DNA of 64,000 nucleotides from Halanaerobiales bacterium. GTDB lineage: Bacteria; Bacillota; Halanaerobiia; Halanaerobiales; M55B127. The stretch spans positions 49,466 to 113,465 of the forward strand of contig JAGXLU010000002.1 in the NCBI GenBank assembly GCA_018334565.1, written 5' to 3'. Below the pieces are notes generated by a model. That model was not told the DNA's origin. It searched no databases and was given only the letters and a program-made list of their open reading frames with translations. Positions 1 to 11,340 of this stretch are shown in pieces (the stretch's first letter is position 1; each line of letters starts with the position of its first letter). The translations under genes were made by a program, and so were the position numbers.

Positions 1-128
<128 letters not shown>

Positions 129-270
129 AATAAATTGATTAAATATAAAAATAGTAGGTGGAGTATTTTAACCGGTGTTTTTGAAACAATATATATTTCT
201 TCATGTTATATTCATAATTAACTTCTATAATATAATCAAATTCAAAAATAAGATTAAGAGAGAGATAAAT

Positions 271-798
271 ATGAAGAAATTAATAGTAACCACACTAGTT
301 ATATCATTAATTGTTTTAGGCTTTGGGGTATTTTCTGTAGAGGCTCAGAGTATGGAAGGTTCAAAAATGGGAAATAGAGGCATAAATGATGATACCACTA
401 GACCTTATTATCAAAGAGATTTTCAAGATAGCACGTGTTTTTTAGACTTAGAAAAAGAATAACTTGATCAAATAACATCAATTAGAGAAGAACAAATAAC
501 AGCAAGAGAAGAAATATTTGAAGCAATGCAAACTCTTAGAAACGAGTTGAGGGAAGCAATATTTACCGATCAACCAGCAGATATAATTGATGATCTTGAA
601 AAAGAGATGTCAGAATTTAGGGCAGAGATGGATGAGATTAGAATTGAATATCTGGCTTAACTAAGAAATATACTGACAGAAGAACAGCTGGCAAGACTTG
701 CTGATAATGATTATAGAATAGGTATAGCAGGTAATACCAATAAAGGATTAGCTGATGTACAATTAAGGAGAGATAATAGTATAAAGAATAGTTATTGA
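271..798 (+). pseudogene. Spy/CpxP-family (LTxxQ) exported helical protein with two in-frame TAA stops
   Basis: ATG at 271 starts a signal peptide (MKKLIVTTLVISLIVLGFGVFSVEA). The same frame continues through TAA 460-462 and TAA 658-660 (LDLEKE*LDQI; YLA*LRNILTEEQLARL) to TGA 796-798. Confidence 0.7.
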
Positions 799-858
799 AA
801 AAACCAAAGATCTAAAAAATGTAATAAGTTCTAAAAATTAAAAACTTATTATTATCAC

Positions 859-883
859 AGGGCTCCTTAATAGGAGCTCTTTT
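859..883 (+). terminator. Intrinsic terminator
   Basis: AGGGCTCCT-TAAT-AGGAGCTCT followed by T's. Confidence 0.7.
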
Positions 884-1179
884 AATTTGCAAAAAAATAT
901 CTATAAGTAAAGTATTTGCTTAGTGGAAAATAAGTTTTGGAGATTAAAAATAAAGTACTTGGAACTATATTGAGTAATGTCAAATAAAGTGATATAATTT
1001 AATACAAAGAAACTATTATTACTAACCTATTCCCCGGAAAAGATAAAATTGTATTCAGGGGTTTTTCTGTTTTTATATTTTTTATGGTGATTAGCTTAAC
1101 ATAGGAGTAAAGTTTTACGATTATATTGTTTTTTAAAAGAATCAGGGCACAAGAACAGATTGTAAAGTTTGAATAAATA

Positions 1180-1233
1180 TTGACATCACATAGTATATTT
1201 GTTAGTATTAATTTACTAAACTGAACGGTCAGT
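1180..1233 (+). promoter_or_regulatory. SigmaA promoter plus TetR-type operator for the efflux operon
   Basis: TTGACA (1180-85), 17 nt, TG-n-TAGTAT (1203-08); palindrome ACTGA-ACGG-TCAGT at 1220-1233, just downstream. Confidence 0.7.
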
Positions 1234-1256
1234 CGAGAATTACAGGAGTTGATTTA

Positions 1257-1841
1257 ATGACCATAAATACTAAAATAAATATAATGGATACAGCATTGAA
1301 ATTATTTGCTGAGAAGGGATTTAGCGATACTTCAATTTCAGCTATTGCCGAAGAAGCGGGTATAGGTAAGGGAACTATTTATTGGTACTTTGAAAGCAAA
1401 AAAGATTTGTTTTTTTCAATTGTTGAACAAAGAGGCCAAGATTACTTTAATAAGGTTTTAAAACTTGATAATGATAGTATAGAATCAGAGCAGATAATCT
1501 ATAAGTATATAAAATATACGATTGAATTTATTGATAATAATTATGATGTTGCCAAAATGTTGATAACCAATACGGAGATAATAAATAATGAATTCAAAAA
1601 AATGATGGAACTTAAACAGCAGCAGGTTATTAGTATCTTAGAAAAGGCCCTTAAAAGAGGCCAAAAGGAAGATAAGTTCAGAGGTTTTAAAAGTAGAGAT
1701 ATTGCTTTTATGATTATGAATATAGCAAAAAGTGGGCATAATCAATTTAATTTTTCTATAGAAGGGAATATAGATCAAAAAACGCAGAAAATTTATGATT
1801 TCATCATGTATGGGTTAATTAAGGAGGAGAGGAAAACATGA
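1257..1841 (+). CDS. TetR/AcrR family transcriptional regulator
   Basis: N-terminal HTH: ALKLFAEKGF..TSISAIAEEAGIGKGTIYWYFESK. Confidence 0.95.
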   Translation: MTINTKINIMDTALKLFAEKGFSDTSISAIAEEAGIGKGTIYWYFESKKDLFFSIVEQRGQDYFNKVLKLDNDSIESEQIIYKYIKYTIEFIDNNYDVAKMLITNTEIINNEFKKMMELKQQQVISILEKALKRGQKEDKFRGFKSRDIAFMIMNIAKSGHNQFNFSIEGNIDQKTQKIYDFIMYGLIKEERKT

Positions 1842-3226
1842 AAAACAAAAGTATATTTTATATATTTATCTGCCTGTTGTTTATACTTTTATCTATAAAT
1901 TTTAACATAGCAGCGGAAGAAATATCGTTAAATGGGGCTGTAAAACTTTTAAATAAAAGCAGTTCACAGTTAGATAATGTCCAAAGAGATATTGAATCAG
2001 CGGAGATTGACTTAAAGTTAGCTGAAAAAGGTTTAGCAGCTGAAGTGACCTTACAGACTTCTTATACCAGACTGGATGAGGCCCCTCAATCACCAACTGA
2101 ATATGTATTGAGTCCAACTGGCAAAATCAACTTTCAGGGAAGTGAAGTTAATAAATATAGGTTTATACCGGTTACATTTAAAAAATTATCTCAGGATAAT
2201 TACAGGGCAAGTTTATCCATTAACAAGCCGCTATATCTGGGCGGGCAGGTAAAAAATGCTGTAAAATTAAGTGAAAAAGCTGTACAGTTGAGTAAATTAA
2301 ATTATGAAAAGACCCTAAATGAAAGGATAAATTCAATTATCCAAGCATACTTCAATGTGCTGATAAAAGACAGCCTTTTGTCGGTACAAAAGAATTCGCT
2401 TAAATTAGTTCAAGAACATTTAGATAATGTGATAAGAAATTATGAAGCGGGTATGGCCATAAAAAGTGATGTAAACGAGGTTGAAATCGAGCTAAATAAG
2501 TCTAAACAGTCTCTTTATCAGTCCGAAAATGAATTAAAAATTGCAAAAAAAAGGTTGGCAGATCTCTTAAATCTTCCAGATCTTGATTTCAGCTTAATTG
2601 AACCCAAACTGCCAGAGTTAAAAGAGGAGTTGAATTTTCATTTACAGCGAGCTTATAATAACAGTTTTGAGCTACAGAGCCTTTTATTAAAACAAAAGAT
2701 GAATGACATCAACAAGGAAATGGAAAATAAGCTTTTCAAACCATCCTTTTTTTTAAACGGCAATTATACAGTACAGGGCGATAAACTCGATTTAGATCAG
2801 GGCGATTTTAATATTACCCTAAGTGGATCTGTTACACTTTATGATGGAAATAAATCAAAATTAAACCTAAAAAAAATAAATCTAGAAGAAGCCAGCCTTA
2901 AAAATAATCAAAAACAGTTAAGAAACAATATAGAGACTGAAATAATGGCAGCTTTATATAAGATAGATGAAAACAAAAAGAAATTAAAAATAGCAGAAAA
3001 AAATAAGATACATGCTCTTGAGAACTATAATCAGGCTGTAAAGAGTTTTAATAACGGTGTGGCAAATAGTCTAGATGTATTGCGGGCAGAGACTAATCTA
3101 AATCAGATTAAGATTTCCCAAAGCCAAACATATTATCAATATATGATGAGTGTTTATAACCTGTTATATCAAACGGGGACTTTAAATAATTATTTTGAGG
3201 AAGTGATTAAAAGTGAAAATAAATAA
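1838..3226 (+). CDS. TolC-family outer membrane efflux protein
   Basis: Signal peptide, two OEP-like repeats (INKPLYLGG; VTLYDG; GVANSLDVLRAE), first gene of a tripartite efflux set. Confidence 0.85.
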   Translation: MKNKSIFYIFICLLFILLSINFNIAAEEISLNGAVKLLNKSSSQLDNVQRDIESAEIDLKLAEKGLAAEVTLQTSYTRLDEAPQSPTEYVLSPTGKINFQGSEVNKYRFIPVTFKKLSQDNYRASLSINKPLYLGGQVKNAVKLSEKAVQLSKLNYEKTLNERINSIIQAYFNVLIKDSLLSVQKNSLKLVQEHLDNVIRNYEAGMAIKSDVNEVEIELNKSKQSLYQSENELKIAKKRLADLLNLPDLDFSLIEPKLPELKEELNFHLQRAYNNSFELQSLLLKQKMNDINKEMENKLFKPSFFLNGNYTVQGDKLDLDQGDFNITLSGSVTLYDGNKSKLNLKKINLEEASLKNNQKQLRNNIETEIMAALYKIDENKKKLKIAEKNKIHALENYNQAVKSFNNGVANSLDVLRAETNLNQIKISQSQTYYQYMMSVYNLLYQTGTLNNYFEEVIKSENK

Positions 3227-4811
3227 AATAATATACATGACTTTAATTATCATATTATCTTTTAGTATATTAAGTGGTGCACAGGAGCCTGTAAAGGTAG
3301 TTCAGCCTAAAAGGGGAGATATTAATATATCAGAAACTGTTGCAGGCAAAATTGTACCTGCCAAAACGATTAATCTTCCCTCAGAGATTAATGGTGTAGT
3401 TAAAAAGATATATGTATCTATTGGCGAAAAGGTTAATCAGGGTGATAAACTTTTAGAATTTGATAAAAGTCAGATATTAATACAAAAAAAACAGTCTGAG
3501 GCAACCTTAGAAGTTGCTCAGTCCAATTTTAATCAGGTGTTGAGGGGGGCCTCTCAGGAAGATATTGAGACAGCCGAAGCCAACTATAAGCAGGCCCAAA
3601 TATCTTTGGCAAGTACTAAAAAAAGCCTGGAAATAGTCCGGGAAACTTATCAAGACAAGACCTCTTTAAAACAGCAGCTGATTAATGCTGAAATGCAACT
3701 TGCCAGTGCAGAAAAACAGCTTCAGTCTGCTGCTGAAAGAGTAAAACAAGCTGAAAAAGCCCTACAGCAGGCAGAAGTTGGGGTAAAAAAGGCTAAAAAT
3801 AACTTGACTCAGGCTAAAAACGATTATGATAGAATGGGAAAATTGTATAAGGATAATGTTATAAGTAAACAGCAGATGGAAGGGGCTAAATTACAGTTAG
3901 AAAATGCGCAATCTTCTTATGATAATGCCCACCTCCAGGTTGAAAATGCACATTTATCTATTAAAAGTGCTGAAATTGCTGAAGAGCAAGCAGAAATATC
4001 TTTAACTTCCTCTAAACAGATCTATGAGATAACTAAAAAGACCTATGACAATCCAACTCAGCTTAAACAACAGCTCCATTCAGCTGAAACACAGGTGGAG
4101 GTATCAGAAGTTAATTTGGTTATCGCAGAAACCAATCTAAAAAAGATCAAAAAAGGGGCGGATCAAGATCAAATTCAAGCAGCTCGTGCTAGTGTTAAAC
4201 AGGCTGAAGCAGGATTAGAACAGATTAATCTTCAGCTGTCTAAAACTATAATAAAAAGTCCGATAAGTGCACATATAGCATCTGTAAATACGGAAGAAAA
4301 CGAGATGGTTGCGGCAGGGACCCCTGTAGTAAATTTAGCTGTAATTGATCAACTGAACGTAGATACAACTGTCACCCCGGACTTAAGACCATATATAAAA
4401 GTGGGAGATGAAGTAGAGATAATAATAAAAAACGGGGGGAGCAAACAATATGCTGCTGTCATTAAAAATATATCGCCTATAATAAATCCTCAGAACGAAG
4501 CTTATCCTATAAAATTACAATTTATTGATGTGCCTCAAAATATTTATGCAGGTATGTTTGTGGATGTCAGATTTCAAAAAAGTAGTTCCAAAGAGGCTTT
4601 AAGTGTACCTATAGATTCAGTTTTTAATTTGTATGATGTTCCCTATCTATTTGTGGTAGAGGACGGAAAGGTAGCAAAAAGAGAACTAGAAGTTGGTTTA
4701 ATTTTTCAAGACAGAGTGGAAGTCTTAGGTGGTCTAAATGAGGATGATCAACTAATAATTCAAGGTCAGCAGAAGGTTGCAGATGGAGACACTGTTGAGG
4801 TGGTTGAATAA
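3213..4811 (+). CDS. RND periplasmic adaptor (MFP) with an unusually long coiled coil
   Basis: Lipoyl half-motifs GVVKKIYVSIGEKVNQGDKL and IKSPISAHI; C-terminal VEVLGGLNEDDQLIIQG. Confidence 0.9.
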   Translation: MKINKIIYMTLIIILSFSILSGAQEPVKVVQPKRGDINISETVAGKIVPAKTINLPSEINGVVKKIYVSIGEKVNQGDKLLEFDKSQILIQKKQSEATLEVAQSNFNQVLRGASQEDIETAEANYKQAQISLASTKKSLEIVRETYQDKTSLKQQLINAEMQLASAEKQLQSAAERVKQAEKALQQAEVGVKKAKNNLTQAKNDYDRMGKLYKDNVISKQQMEGAKLQLENAQSSYDNAHLQVENAHLSIKSAEIAEEQAEISLTSSKQIYEITKKTYDNPTQLKQQLHSAETQVEVSEVNLVIAETNLKKIKKGADQDQIQAARASVKQAEAGLEQINLQLSKTIIKSPISAHIASVNTEENEMVAAGTPVVNLAVIDQLNVDTTVTPDLRPYIKVGDEVEIIIKNGGSKQYAAVIKNISPIINPQNEAYPIKLQFIDVPQNIYAGMFVDVRFQKSSSKEALSVPIDSVFNLYDVPYLFVVEDGKVAKRELEVGLIFQDRVEVLGGLNEDDQLIIQGQQKVADGDTVEVVE

Positions 4812-7800
4812 TGAAACTATCGGATTTTTCGATCAAACGCAGTGTAACAACTGTTATGCTGATCTTATTGGTTATGATCTTGGGCTTTATTTCTCTGGAT
4901 AGGTTGAATATCGATCTACTGCCGGAAATAAATTTTCCGGGGGCAGCTGTTGTTACAACTTATGAAGGGGCAGGACCAGAGGAAATAGAATCTCTTATCA
5001 CAAAACCTCTGGAAAATTCTCTGGCAACTGTGACCAATGTGGAGACAATTAACTCTACTTCCGATAGTGGTCAGTCAACTATTATTATGGAGTTTAACTT
5101 CGGGACAGATATGGACTTTGCAGCTTTAGACATGAGAGAACAGACCGATCTAGTTTCTGACTTTTTGCCTGAAGATGCCAGCAAACCCTTAATTGTTAAG
5201 TTTGATCCCTCTATGATCCCTGTTTTACAGTTGGGAGTATACAGCGGTCAAAATTTAGCAGACTTAAAAGCAAAAGTTGAAGACAATATAATCCCTAAAT
5301 TGGAGAGGATAAAAGGGGTTGCTTCTGTTAATCTAACGGGAGGGCTTGATAGGGAAATATTGATCGAACTAGATAAAAATAAGATGGAAAATTATGGGGT
5401 GAGCTTTAATTCTGTTACGCAAAATTTACTTCTGGAAAATTTAGACCTTTCGGGTGGAGAGGTCAAAAGAGGTAATATTGAGTATATTGTAAGGGTGACT
5501 GGTAAATTTGAAAATGTTGATCAGATCCGAGAGGTTTTAATACCGACTGGTTCTGGCCAGGGGCTTGTTAAACTTAGCGATATTGCAAATGTAAAAGACA
5601 CCTACAAAGAAGTTAGCACGAGTGCCAGAGTTAACGGAGAAGAAAGTGTTGGACTAACTATACAAAAACAAACTGATTCCAATACGGTATCTGTAGCAAA
5701 TAGAGTTAGAGATGAAATAGAAGAGCTTAAAAAAGATTATAAGAACTTGAATATTGTTCCCATTGCAGATCAAGCTGAATATATAGAGCTTTCCATTAAT
5801 AGTGTTTATAGAAATGCATTGTTCGGTGGATTGCTTGCTATCATCGTACTTTTCTTATTTCTCAGAAATTTAAGGAGTACCATTATTATAGGTCTAACCA
5901 TTCCGATTTCTGTTGTGGCGACCTTTTTATTAATTTATTTTTCCGGATTAACTATCAATATTGTATCCTTGGGTGGGCTCGCTCTCGGAATCGGAATGCT
6001 TGTTGATAATTCAATTGTTGTGCTGGAAAATATATTTCGTTTTAAACAGTACGGATTAAATCGAGTAGAGGCAGCTAGCCGGGGAAGTGAAGAGGTTGGG
6101 ATGGCTATAACAGCATCTACTTTCACAACTATTGTTGTTTTTTTACCCGTAATATTTGTAGAGGGGTTAACAGCTCAAATATTTAGAGAGCTAGCTCTTA
6201 CGGTTAGTTTTTCCTTATTTGCTTCTCTGATTGTGGCTTTAACTTTAATTCCGATGCTGTCGTCAAAGATATTGAAGTTAAGCAAAAAACAGATGAATAT
6301 AGAAAAGAAAACCGGGTTAGGTTTTATCAGAAGAAATTACAAGAGATCTCTGAATTGGATTTTAAATCAGCGTTGGATAGTATTTGCTTCGATATTAATT
6401 ATAGCAGCTGTAGGTTGGTTTTTTTATCAAAAACTGGGGGCGGAGTTTTTACCTCCCTTCGATCAGGGGCAAATTACAGTCAACTTTAGTTTACCTGTTG
6501 GAACAACTCTGGATGAGACCAATAAGGTGGCAGAGGATATAGAAGAAACCCTAAAAAAAGTTCCGGAAGTTAAAACCATATTTACAAATATTGGAGTGGG
6601 AGATATGATGACCGGTTCAACGGCTTCGGAATCGGGTTCGTTTACAGTTATTTTAAAAAAATTAGCTGAGAGAGACCGTTCCACTAATCATGTTATGGAG
6701 AGCCTGCGAACTAAAATTAAAGTACCCGGTGCAGATCTTAATATTGAATCAGAGAGTGGTTTTTTAGGAGTTACTGGAGGAAAACCTATCAATATTAAAG
6801 TGGTCGGTCAAAACTTAAAAGAGCTTGAACGTCTAACTGGTCTTGTTATTAAAGAGATAAAACAGGTTGAAGGCGTTAGAGAGGTGCAAGATTCTTTTGA
6901 AGAAGGCAGGCCGGAATTTTTGATAAATATCGATAGGACAAGAGCAGCCAGGTTTGGTTTAAGAGTAAGCAGTGTGGCTAGTACAGTTAAAACCGCTATA
7001 ACCGGAGATATTGCTACGCGTTATGAAGTTGGAGGCAGTGAATATGATGTACGGGTTACTTTAAATGAAGAAAACAAAAAGAGTTTAGATCAGGTGAGAG
7101 ATATCTTGCTACCCTCACCTACAGGTGCCAAGGTTCCCCTGTCAAGGGTGGCTGATTTTGAATTATCAGAAGGGCCGAGGGAGATATTGAGGATTAACCA
7201 AGAAAGATATGGAGAGATAACTGCTTCACTTTATGAGGTGGATCTAGATACTGCTGTCAGCAATATTCAAAAAAGAATAAATGAAAATGTAGAATTTCCG
7301 GAGGAATACAGCATAAAATATGGGGGACAATTTCAGGATCTTCAGCAATCTTTCACTGACCTTTATTATGCTTTCGCTTTAGCCATTATTTTGGTATATA
7401 TGGTAATGGCTTCTCAGTTTGAGTCCCTTGTTCATCCTTTAATAATAATGTTTACTGTTCCTCTGGCCTTGGTTGGAGTGATATTGGGACTGTATATCTT
7501 TGATATAACTATCTCAGTTCCAGCGTTAATAGGCATTATAACACTGGCCGGTATAGTTGTTAATAATGCGATTGTTCTAGTTGATTATATCAATAGGTTG
7601 AGAAAAGAAGGACGTACCAAAAAGGAGGCTATTTTGGAAGCCGGTCCTATCCGAATGAGACCGATAATGATGACAGCTATGACAACAATATTAGCTTTAA
7701 TCCCCTTATCTCTTGGCATTGGGGAGGGTTCAGAATTGGAACAACCACTGGCTGTCGTAGTTATTAGTGGTCTTTTCTTCTCGACCTTTTTAACACTTTA

Positions 7801-7876
7801 TGTAATTCCGGTTCTATATTCATCACTTACAGATATAAGTGATAAAATAAAGGCAGGATTAAAGCAATTGATATAA
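4811..7876 (+). CDS. RND efflux permease (AcrB/SwrC family)
   Basis: 1021 aa; GMLVDNSIVVLENI, GIVVNNAIVLVD and RMRPIMMT motifs. Confidence 0.96.
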   Translation: MKLSDFSIKRSVTTVMLILLVMILGFISLDRLNIDLLPEINFPGAAVVTTYEGAGPEEIESLITKPLENSLATVTNVETINSTSDSGQSTIIMEFNFGTDMDFAALDMREQTDLVSDFLPEDASKPLIVKFDPSMIPVLQLGVYSGQNLADLKAKVEDNIIPKLERIKGVASVNLTGGLDREILIELDKNKMENYGVSFNSVTQNLLLENLDLSGGEVKRGNIEYIVRVTGKFENVDQIREVLIPTGSGQGLVKLSDIANVKDTYKEVSTSARVNGEESVGLTIQKQTDSNTVSVANRVRDEIEELKKDYKNLNIVPIADQAEYIELSINSVYRNALFGGLLAIIVLFLFLRNLRSTIIIGLTIPISVVATFLLIYFSGLTINIVSLGGLALGIGMLVDNSIVVLENIFRFKQYGLNRVEAASRGSEEVGMAITASTFTTIVVFLPVIFVEGLTAQIFRELALTVSFSLFASLIVALTLIPMLSSKILKLSKKQMNIEKKTGLGFIRRNYKRSLNWILNQRWIVFASILIIAAVGWFFYQKLGAEFLPPFDQGQITVNFSLPVGTTLDETNKVAEDIEETLKKVPEVKTIFTNIGVGDMMTGSTASESGSFTVILKKLAERDRSTNHVMESLRTKIKVPGADLNIESESGFLGVTGGKPINIKVVGQNLKELERLTGLVIKEIKQVEGVREVQDSFEEGRPEFLINIDRTRAARFGLRVSSVASTVKTAITGDIATRYEVGGSEYDVRVTLNEENKKSLDQVRDILLPSPTGAKVPLSRVADFELSEGPREILRINQERYGEITASLYEVDLDTAVSNIQKRINENVEFPEEYSIKYGGQFQDLQQSFTDLYYAFALAIILVYMVMASQFESLVHPLIIMFTVPLALVGVILGLYIFDITISVPALIGIITLAGIVVNNAIVLVDYINRLRKEGRTKKEAILEAGPIRMRPIMMTAMTTILALIPLSLGIGEGSELEQPLAVVVISGLFFSTFLTLYVIPVLYSSLTDISDKIKAGLKQLI

Positions 7877-8042
7877 ATGAACTAACTATTTATGGAAAAC
7901 AACCAAAAAAGAACTCAAAAAATTGTGGTTGAAATAAGTTAATAATTATATTATTGCGTTGTATTTTCATCATGATTATGTTAAAATATATAAGTGCTCA
8001 AGGAATGAATAGCGAAAAAATAATAGCTGGGGGTGACCTTTA

Positions 8043-8264
8043 ATGTTTGTATTAAAAATTATCCACCTGTTGATAGCAATTTCTGTTATTGTAGGTGTTT
8101 TGCTCCAATCAGGTAAAAGTGCTGGTATGTCTGGGGTTATTGATGGTGGAGCAAGTCAATTCTTAGGTAACAAAAGTAAAGGCTTAGATGAAAAGTTGAG
8201 TAAATTTACAACAGTAGCCGCTGTAGTATTTATGGTTACTTCATTAATTTTAGCAATTATCTAA
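8043..8264 (+). CDS. secG: Preprotein translocase subunit SecG
   Basis: [16 protein letters not shown] motif, two TM segments, position in the eno...secG...rnr-smpB locus. Confidence 0.93.
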   Translation: MFVLKIIHLLIAISVIVGVLLQSGKSAGMSGVIDGGASQFLGNKSKGLDEKLSKFTTVAAVVFMVTSLILAII

Positions 8265-8290
8265 AAAAGATTGAAATGGAGGGCTCTAAA

Positions 8291-10243
8291 ATGATATTTT
8301 ATACTCCTTTAGCAGGAGTAATCGCACTACTATTCGCTTTATATATGGCCTCCAAAGTCAAAAAAGCCGATATGGGTAATGATAAGATGCGGGAATTATC
8401 TTTATCTATTAATGAAGGTGCAATGGCTTTTTTGGGCCGGGAATATAGGATATTAGTGTTTTTTGTTTTAATAGTAGCACTCATCATGTTGTTTACCAGC
8501 AGTTTGGGTTGGCAGACTGCACTATCTTTTATATTGGGTGCTTTATTTTCAGGTCTAGCCGGATTTATTGGCATGCAGATTGCTACTAAATCAAATGCCA
8601 GAACAACCAATGCAGCACGTAGTTCCTTAAATGAAGCTCTACAGATTGCATTTTCAGGTGGTTCTGTGATGGGGATGACAGTTGTTGGTTTAGGTACACT
8701 TGGTTTAGGTATATTATATATCTTTTTTACAAAAAATATTGATTATATAAGGGGTTTTGCTTTTGGAGCCAGTTCAATAGCTCTTTTTGCACGTGTAGGT
8801 GGAGGAATTTATACCAAAGCTGCTGATGTAGGTGCAGATTTAGTGGGCAAAGTCGAGGCTGGTATTCCTGAAGATGATCCTCGTAATCCAGCTGTAATTG
8901 CTGATAACGTGGGAGATAATGTTGGTGATGTAGCTGGTATGGGAGCAGACCTTTTTGAATCATATGTTGGTTCCATAGTAGCCGCAATGACTCTAGGGAC
9001 TATAATAAGTGTTAATCATGTGTTAACACCTCTATTACTTGCATCGATTGGAATTATTGCCGCAATTATTGGGAGCCAAATGATTAAAGCTAAAGAAGAT
9101 GGTAATCCAGCTAAAGCATTGGAGAAAGGGTCAATCTCCAGTGGTATTTTAACAATAGTTGGAGCATTCTTCTTAATTAGATATATGATTGGAGATATGG
9201 GAGTATTTTATGCTGTAGTAGCAGGGTTGCTTGCCGGTATTTTAATTGGTAGAATTACAGAATACTATACTTCAGAACGTTTTAAACCGGTTAAGTACAT
9301 AGCAGAACAGTCAGAATCGGGTGCTGCCACTAATATAATTAGTGGTCTTTCCGTTGGAATGAGAAGTACAATGTTCCCAATTTTAGTAATTGCAGTTGTA
9401 ATTTACATTGCATATAATTTTGCCGGACTTTACGGCATTGCAATGGCTGCAGTTGGCATGTTGTCTACAACAGGGGTCACTTTATCTATTGATGCCTATG
9501 GACCAATTGCTGATAATGCAGGTGGAATTGCAGAAATGGCAGAGCTTCCGTCTGAAGTGAGAGACATTACAGATAAGCTGGACTCGGTTGGTAATACAAC
9601 AGCTGCTATTGGCAAAGGTTTTGCTATTGGTTCAGCTGCCCTAACAGCCTTATCATTATTTGCAGCTTTCTCTTCGGCAGTAAATTTAAATGGGATGAGT
9701 TTGACAAATCCCAATGTTATTATTGGACTTTTCATTGGTGCAATGTTACCATTTTTATTTTCATCTTTAACTATGAATGCTGTCGGGAAAGCGGCTTTTC
9801 AGATGATTGCAGAAGTGCGAAGACAGTTTAAAGAAATTCCAGGTATTATGGAAGGTGATACACCTCCAGATTATAAGAAATGTATAGATATTTCCACAGC
9901 AGCAGCATTAAAGCAGATGGTAATTCCCGGTTTATTAGCAGTTATTGTCCCGGTTGTAGTTGGTTTATGGAATGTTAAGACTCTGGGTGGGCTTCTGGCT
10001 GGTTCGTTGAGTTCAGGAGTTCTACTGGCCATTATGATGGCCAATGCAGGGGGGGCCTGGGATAATGCTAAAAAATATATTGAATCCGGTAACTTAGGTG
10101 GAAAGGGTACAGATACCCATGCAGCCTCAGTTGTTGGGGATACAGTAGGTGATCCCTTTAAAGATACCGCGGGACCATCACTAAATATATTAATTAAATT
10201 GATGACAATAGTATCCTTGGTATTTGCACCATTATTTATCTAA
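8291..10243 (+). CDS. hppA: Membrane-bound pyrophosphatase, K+-dependent, probably Na+-translocating
   Basis: [42 protein letters not shown] (Ala indicates K+ dependence), [20 protein letters not shown] 8291 follows a GGAGGG RBS. Confidence 0.95.
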   Translation: MIFYTPLAGVIALLFALYMASKVKKADMGNDKMRELSLSINEGAMAFLGREYRILVFFVLIVALIMLFTSSLGWQTALSFILGALFSGLAGFIGMQIATKSNARTTNAARSSLNEALQIAFSGGSVMGMTVVGLGTLGLGILYIFFTKNIDYIRGFAFGASSIALFARVGGGIYTKAADVGADLVGKVEAGIPEDDPRNPAVIADNVGDNVGDVAGMGADLFESYVGSIVAAMTLGTIISVNHVLTPLLLASIGIIAAIIGSQMIKAKEDGNPAKALEKGSISSGILTIVGAFFLIRYMIGDMGVFYAVVAGLLAGILIGRITEYYTSERFKPVKYIAEQSESGAATNIISGLSVGMRSTMFPILVIAVVIYIAYNFAGLYGIAMAAVGMLSTTGVTLSIDAYGPIADNAGGIAEMAELPSEVRDITDKLDSVGNTTAAIGKGFAIGSAALTALSLFAAFSSAVNLNGMSLTNPNVIIGLFIGAMLPFLFSSLTMNAVGKAAFQMIAEVRRQFKEIPGIMEGDTPPDYKKCIDISTAAALKQMVIPGLLAVIVPVVVGLWNVKTLGGLLAGSLSSGVLLAIMMANAGGAWDNAKKYIESGNLGGKGTDTHAASVVGDTVGDPFKDTAGPSLNILIKLMTIVSLVFAPLFI

Positions 10244-10275
10244 AACAAAAAGATACTATTATCTATAAGATATAG

Positions 10276-10319
10276 AAAGGGCAATTATCTTCTTTAAAAG
10301 GAGATTTTTGTCCTTTTTT
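10276..10319 (+). terminator. Probable intrinsic terminator after hppA
   Basis: AAAGGGCAA..ATCTTCT/AGGAGAT..TTGTCCTTT followed by a T-tract. Confidence 0.55.
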
Positions 10320-10343
10320 AATTTTTAGGACTGAGGTGATATA

Positions 10344-10748
10344 ATGAAATTAGGAAATGATAAAATGTGTTTTGCTTGTGGTGAAGACAACCCTATTTCA
10401 TTGGGGCTTAAATTTATAAAAACAGGCGAAAAGACAGCCCAGGCAGAGTTTGTTCCAAAAGAAGTTCATCAGGGTTTTGATGGTATAATGCACGGGGGTT
10501 TAGTGACTACGCTTTTGGATGAAGGAATGGCCAAGGTCTTAAATTTGAATGAGATAATGGCCCTTACTGCAAAATTAAGTGTGAGGTTTAAAAAGCCTGT
10601 TTCTATCAACGGTAATTTGGTTATCAAGTCAAAGATTATTAAAAACAGAGCAGGATTATACTTTACAAAGGCAGAACTAAGAGATAAAAAGGGAGAATTA
10701 TTAGCTAAAGCAGAAGCTAAATTTATGGAAGTCAAGGAGGAGAAATAA
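10344..10748 (+). CDS. PaaI-family thioesterase (hotdog fold)
   Basis: CFACGEDNPISLGL; HQGFDGIMHGGLVTTLLDE. Confidence 0.9.
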   Translation: MKLGNDKMCFACGEDNPISLGLKFIKTGEKTAQAEFVPKEVHQGFDGIMHGGLVTTLLDEGMAKVLNLNEIMALTAKLSVRFKKPVSINGNLVIKSKIIKNRAGLYFTKAELRDKKGELLAKAEAKFMEVKEEK

Positions 10749-11300
10749 ATGGAAAGAGAAGAAGCCTATCAACTAGTAAAAGAAAATATTAAACAAAAAA
10801 ACCTGGTTAAACATTGTTTAGCAGTAGAAGCTGTGATGCGGAGGTTAGCGAAATATTTTGATGAGGATGTAAAAAAATGGGGATTAACCGGTTTATTACA
10901 TGATATTGATTATGAACAGACCGCAGATCAACCGAAAAAACATAGCCTGGTTGGGGCCAAGATGCTCAAAGAAATGGGTTTGGATGATGATTTAATTTAT
11001 GCGGTTAAGGTCCATAACCATGAACATGCTCTTGAAAGAAAGTCGTTATTAGATAAAGCCCTTTATGCATCAGATCCTTTAACTGGTCTTATCGTTGCTT
11101 CAGCTTTGATTCATCCCGAAAAAAGCCTGAAGGCAGTTGATACTGAGTTTGTCTTGAACCGATATTCGGAAAGTTCTTTTGCAAAAGGTGCAGACCGTGA
11201 TGTAATAGCCTCCTGTCAAGAGATGGGTTTGAGTTTGGATGAATTTGTAAGATTAGCTTTGGAGGGTATGAAGTCTATCTCAGATGATTTAGGCCTTTAA
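10749..11300 (+). CDS. HD-domain (HDIG) phosphohydrolase
   Basis: KHCLAVEA...GLLHDIDYE...LYASDPLTG. Confidence 0.9.
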   Translation: MEREEAYQLVKENIKQKNLVKHCLAVEAVMRRLAKYFDEDVKKWGLTGLLHDIDYEQTADQPKKHSLVGAKMLKEMGLDDDLIYAVKVHNHEHALERKSLLDKALYASDPLTGLIVASALIHPEKSLKAVDTEFVLNRYSESSFAKGADRDVIASCQEMGLSLDEFVRLALEGMKSISDDLGL

Positions 11301-11340
11301 ATTTTTGGGTACTCCGGTGATTTGAAAGGAAGAGATAACT

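Noticed and set aside
175-270. N-terminal extension of the first ORF from GTG 175
   Set aside because: ATG 271 has a purine-rich upstream sequence and begins a signal peptide; the extension reads like AT-rich promoter DNA.
271-798. Stop-codon reassignment (TAA read as Gln)
   Set aside because: Many conserved genes in the window end in TAA at the expected place; nonsense mutation is simpler.
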